DNA of 64,000 nt from positions 3,647-67,646 of the forward strand of contig PLKG01000091.1 of NCBI GenBank assembly GCA_003140595.1, read 5' to 3'. A program made the translations under genes and the position numbers. The stretch comes from Acidimicrobiaceae bacterium (GTDB taxonomy: Bacteria; Actinomycetota; Acidimicrobiia; Acidimicrobiales; Bog-793). The notes beneath the pieces are model-generated. The model did not search any database. It was not told where the DNA came from and saw only the letters and a program-made list of their open reading frames with translations. Shown piece after piece: positions 61,917-64,000 of the stretch; positions within the stretch are counted from its first letter, which is position 1; each line of letters begins with the position of its first letter.

Positions 61917-62013
61917 CTCGAGACCGTACAGAGTGCGGGCGTGGACCGCCGGGCGGCTCTGGCGGAAACGTCGGGCTTCTCGCCCGCAAGACCACGGCGT
62001 CAGCGAAGAAGCT

Positions 62014-63459
62014 TCAACCGGCAGGACCGGCGGCAAGAGGCACCGACGCTCTGTGCCGGCTACCGGCGGAATCGGTCCAACCCACTTGCACGTGGTCACC
62101 CGGGTGATACCCCTGCATCCGCGACGTGAGAGCCGGGGCAGAATCGACGGGGTTTCCTCCGAGCGACGTTATTACGTCGCCCTCGACCAGTCCCGCGGAT
62201 GAAGCCGGCGAACCCGACAGCACTTGGTGTACGAGCGCTCCGGACGGAGAAGAGCTCGAGGTCACCGAGACGCCGAGGAACGCCGTCGGGCCGATGTGCA
62301 CGCTCGCGGAGGCTTGACCGGACTCGATCTTCTTGGCGATCGCCACAGCCGAACTGATCGGGATGGCATAGCCGTCAGTACCCGTCGTCTGGAACGAGAA
62401 CCCCACCGAGGCCGCCGTGTCCATCCCGACAACTTTCCCTGAGGTGTTCACGAGCGGTCCTCCCGAATCACCGGCCTGGATATAGGCGTTGACCTCGATA
62501 AGGCCAGTCAACTTCTCGGGGTTGCCGCCATCTTGTTCCGTAGCGGTGATCGACTGGTCGAGAGCTGTAACCGAACCGCCCGCGGCGCTGGGGGTTCCGC
62601 CGATACCGCCGGCGTTGCCAATCCCTACGACCGCTTCGCCTCGACGAACCATGGACGAGTCGCCGAGCGAAGCGACCTTCAGCCCCGCGGCATCCTTCAG
62701 CTTCAACACGGCGACATCACTCGAGCGGTCGTAACCGACGACCGTGGCTGTGTAGACCCGTCCGTTGCCGACGTCGGTCACTCTGATGCTCGTGGCGCCA
62801 TCGACCACGTGGTTATTTGTGAGCACTTCGCCCGTGGAGGTAAGGACGATTCCCGTGCCGGCGGCCTCCTCGTTCGCGTATCCGAGGCTCGTATCAACAT
62901 CCACAAGGCCAGGGTCGACCCGCAAGGCAATCGCCGCGCTGTCCGCAGGGGCTCCAGATGCCGACGGATTGGATCCCGACGAGCCCGATCCGAACGAGAA
63001 GCCTCCCGATCCAAAAGGCAAGGTGCCCGATCCATATGGCAAGGTGCCCGATCCGAACGGGAAATTCGGCGAGCCTGACGACGGCGAGTTCGCCGAAGGA
63101 AGTGAACCCGACGCGGAATTCGACTGCCAGACGACATGGCCGATGCCGAACCCCGCGGCAATGCCGATCAAGAGCAACACCACGACGAACAAGACGGTCG
63201 TAGCGTGACGTCTGGGTGGTTGGGGCGGCGGCGGCACGGCCCAGTACGGTCCTGGAGGGCCGACCCACAGTGGTCCGTCACCCGTCCCGGGCGCGCCGGG
63301 AGGAAGTGGAGGAGGTACCCACATCCAGCCGCCGGATCCAGCGTCGGGCCCAAGTGGCGTGGCGGGAGTGTCGGCACGCTCCGGGGCGGCAGCCTCCTCC
63401 GATGTCACCTCGTCGACCCTCCTCACCACAGGTTCGCCACTCTCGTATTCCTCGTCCAT
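62014..63459 (-). CDS. HtrA/DegP-like S1C serine protease with PDZ domain, membrane-anchored, Pro-rich N-terminus
   Basis: ORF 62014..63510. ATG 63459 is preceded by GAGGAGGAGAGGG. TM segment TTVLFVVVLLLIGIAAGFGIG. Catalytic blocks: TNNHVV, SDVAVLKL, GDSGGPLV. C-terminal PDZ-like region. Confidence 0.85.
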   Translation of the reverse strand: MDEEYESGEPVVRRVDEVTSEEAAAPERADTPATPLGPDAGSGGWMWVPPPLPPGAPGTGDGPLWVGPPGPYWAVPPPPQPPRRHATTVLFVVVLLLIGIAAGFGIGHVVWQSNSASGSLPSANSPSSGSPNFPFGSGTLPYGSGTLPFGSGGFSFGSGSSGSNPSASGAPADSAAIALRVDPGLVDVDTSLGYANEEAAGTGIVLTSTGEVLTNNHVVDGATSIRVTDVGNGRVYTATVVGYDRSSDVAVLKLKDAAGLKVASLGDSSMVRRGEAVVGIGNAGGIGGTPSAAGGSVTALDQSITATEQDGGNPEKLTGLIEVNAYIQAGDSGGPLVNTSGKVVGMDTAASVGFSFQTTGTDGYAIPISSAVAIAKKIESGQASASVHIGPTAFLGVSVTSSSSPSGALVHQVLSGSPASSAGLVEGDVITSLGGNPVDSAPALTSRMQGYHPGDHVQVGWTDSAGSRHRASVPLAAGPAG

Positions 63460-63854
63460 CACCCTCTCCTCCTCAGGGACGGTAACGCACATCCAACTAC
63501 CCATATTCACTACACCCGGTGCACCTGTGGATTGCCTGAGTTGCGCCTAAGCAAAAGCTGAGAGGGTTCCGGGACAAGGCCCCCGCCGGTCTGCAATTGA
63601 CCTGCGTGCAAGCTGGGAGAGCTCAGTTGCGGCTGGCTAAAGTGGTGCTGTTGTGCCCGGTCCGCGGCGCGGCTCCGGCACTTCGCGAGTAGACGGCCCG
63701 CAAGCAAGGGACAACCGTGACGAGCACGACCAGTGTGTGGGGAGCCAGCAGTCGGCAGCAGACAACCGAAGCCACCGGCCACGGTGACGAGGAGACGGCC
63801 AACTGGACGCGCTCGGACCGAAGCTCGATTCGCAAAGGAACAGCCGAGGATCGA

Positions 63855-64000
63855 TGAGTACCTTCGTCTCTGGTCCCGAGAGTGCCGGTGCTTCACGACC
63901 GGAGTCGCCAGAAGCGACCCTAGGCTCGGGGACGCCAGGGGGATCGGCTGGCGCGCCGATCCGCGATCGTCGGCTCATTCTCGCGGTGCTATGCGTGAGC
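63855..64000 (+). CDS. 5' end of a probable MFS (drug-exporter type) transporter, truncated by the window edge
   Basis: GAGGA lies 5 nt upstream of ATG 63855. MSTFVSGPESAGASRPESPEATLGSGTPGGSAGAPIRDRRLILAVLCVS... The RRLILAVLCVS ending resembles the first TM of EmrB/QacA-type MFS proteins. Only 48 codons are visible. Confidence 0.35.

Noticed and set aside
61972-61986. Hairpin CGGGC-ttctc-GCCCG between the convergent YfhO-like and HtrA-like genes as a bidirectional terminator
   Set aside because: The stem is only 5 bp, with no flanking T/U tract. It is too weak to call. Similar weak stems at 50793..50812 and 2376..2392 were also not called.
1-64000. Mobile elements, prophage genes, CRISPR arrays, rRNA/tRNA genes and known defence systems
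   Set aside because: I read through the ORF track and the sequence and found none of the following: transposase, integrase or recombinase motifs; spaced direct-repeat arrays; rRNA or tRNA signatures; recognisable restriction, toxin-antitoxin, Cas or abortive-infection proteins. The only repeats found are the 17-bp duplication at 47804, the 21-bp in-frame repeat at 63017 and the ~700-bp diverged gene duplication at 34771..36020.

Overview
This is a GC-rich, densely coded chromosomal segment of actinobacterial character. That call is an inference from gene content and synteny: relA-hisS-aspS-rarA-alaS-ruvX-aroE, ppk-ppx, pstS, a NAAAR-type menC, and a DUF2029/GT87-like gene next to an ABC-2 exporter. 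I support 49 protein-coding genes (one runs off the 3' edge), 2 pseudogene relics and a few repeat or regulatory candidates. I found no rRNA, tRNA, CRISPR array, transposase or integrase. Most content is housekeeping. It covers phosphate and polyphosphate metabolism, menaquinone synthesis, two SEDS cell-wall polymerases, aminoacyl-tRNA synthetases plus the stringent response, two ABC systems, a KdpDE-like two-component pair, and several polytopic GT-C-like envelope glycosyltransferase candidates. Items worth a second look: (1) a tightly coupled five-gene DmsABC-like molybdoenzyme operon (39.5-46.2 kb) that ends in an unusual 522-aa cytoplasmic polyferredoxin, has a His-type FS0 motif in the catalytic subunit, and carries a perfect palindrome upstream; (2) two tandem paralogous small membrane proteins with Pro/Gly-rich tails, each with a conserved upstream block, one lying antisense to the Gly-rich tail of the response regulator; (3) a perfect 17-bp tandem duplication of the SD plus start codon of the cfa-like gene, which creates a 6-codon uORF ending in ATGA on the main start; (4) relics of a 1-Cys peroxiredoxin (large internal deletion plus nonsense codon) and of an AhpD/CMD-family gene (frame disruptions); (5) a 1.27-kb stretch (55.7-56.9 kb) with no convincing gene but with strong hairpins and frame-broken coding signal; (6) a divergent pair of very large GT-C-like membrane proteins. 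Start codons are my best choices from SD sequences and gene junctions and are less certain than stops. All family assignments come from motif recognition by eye, not database searches.
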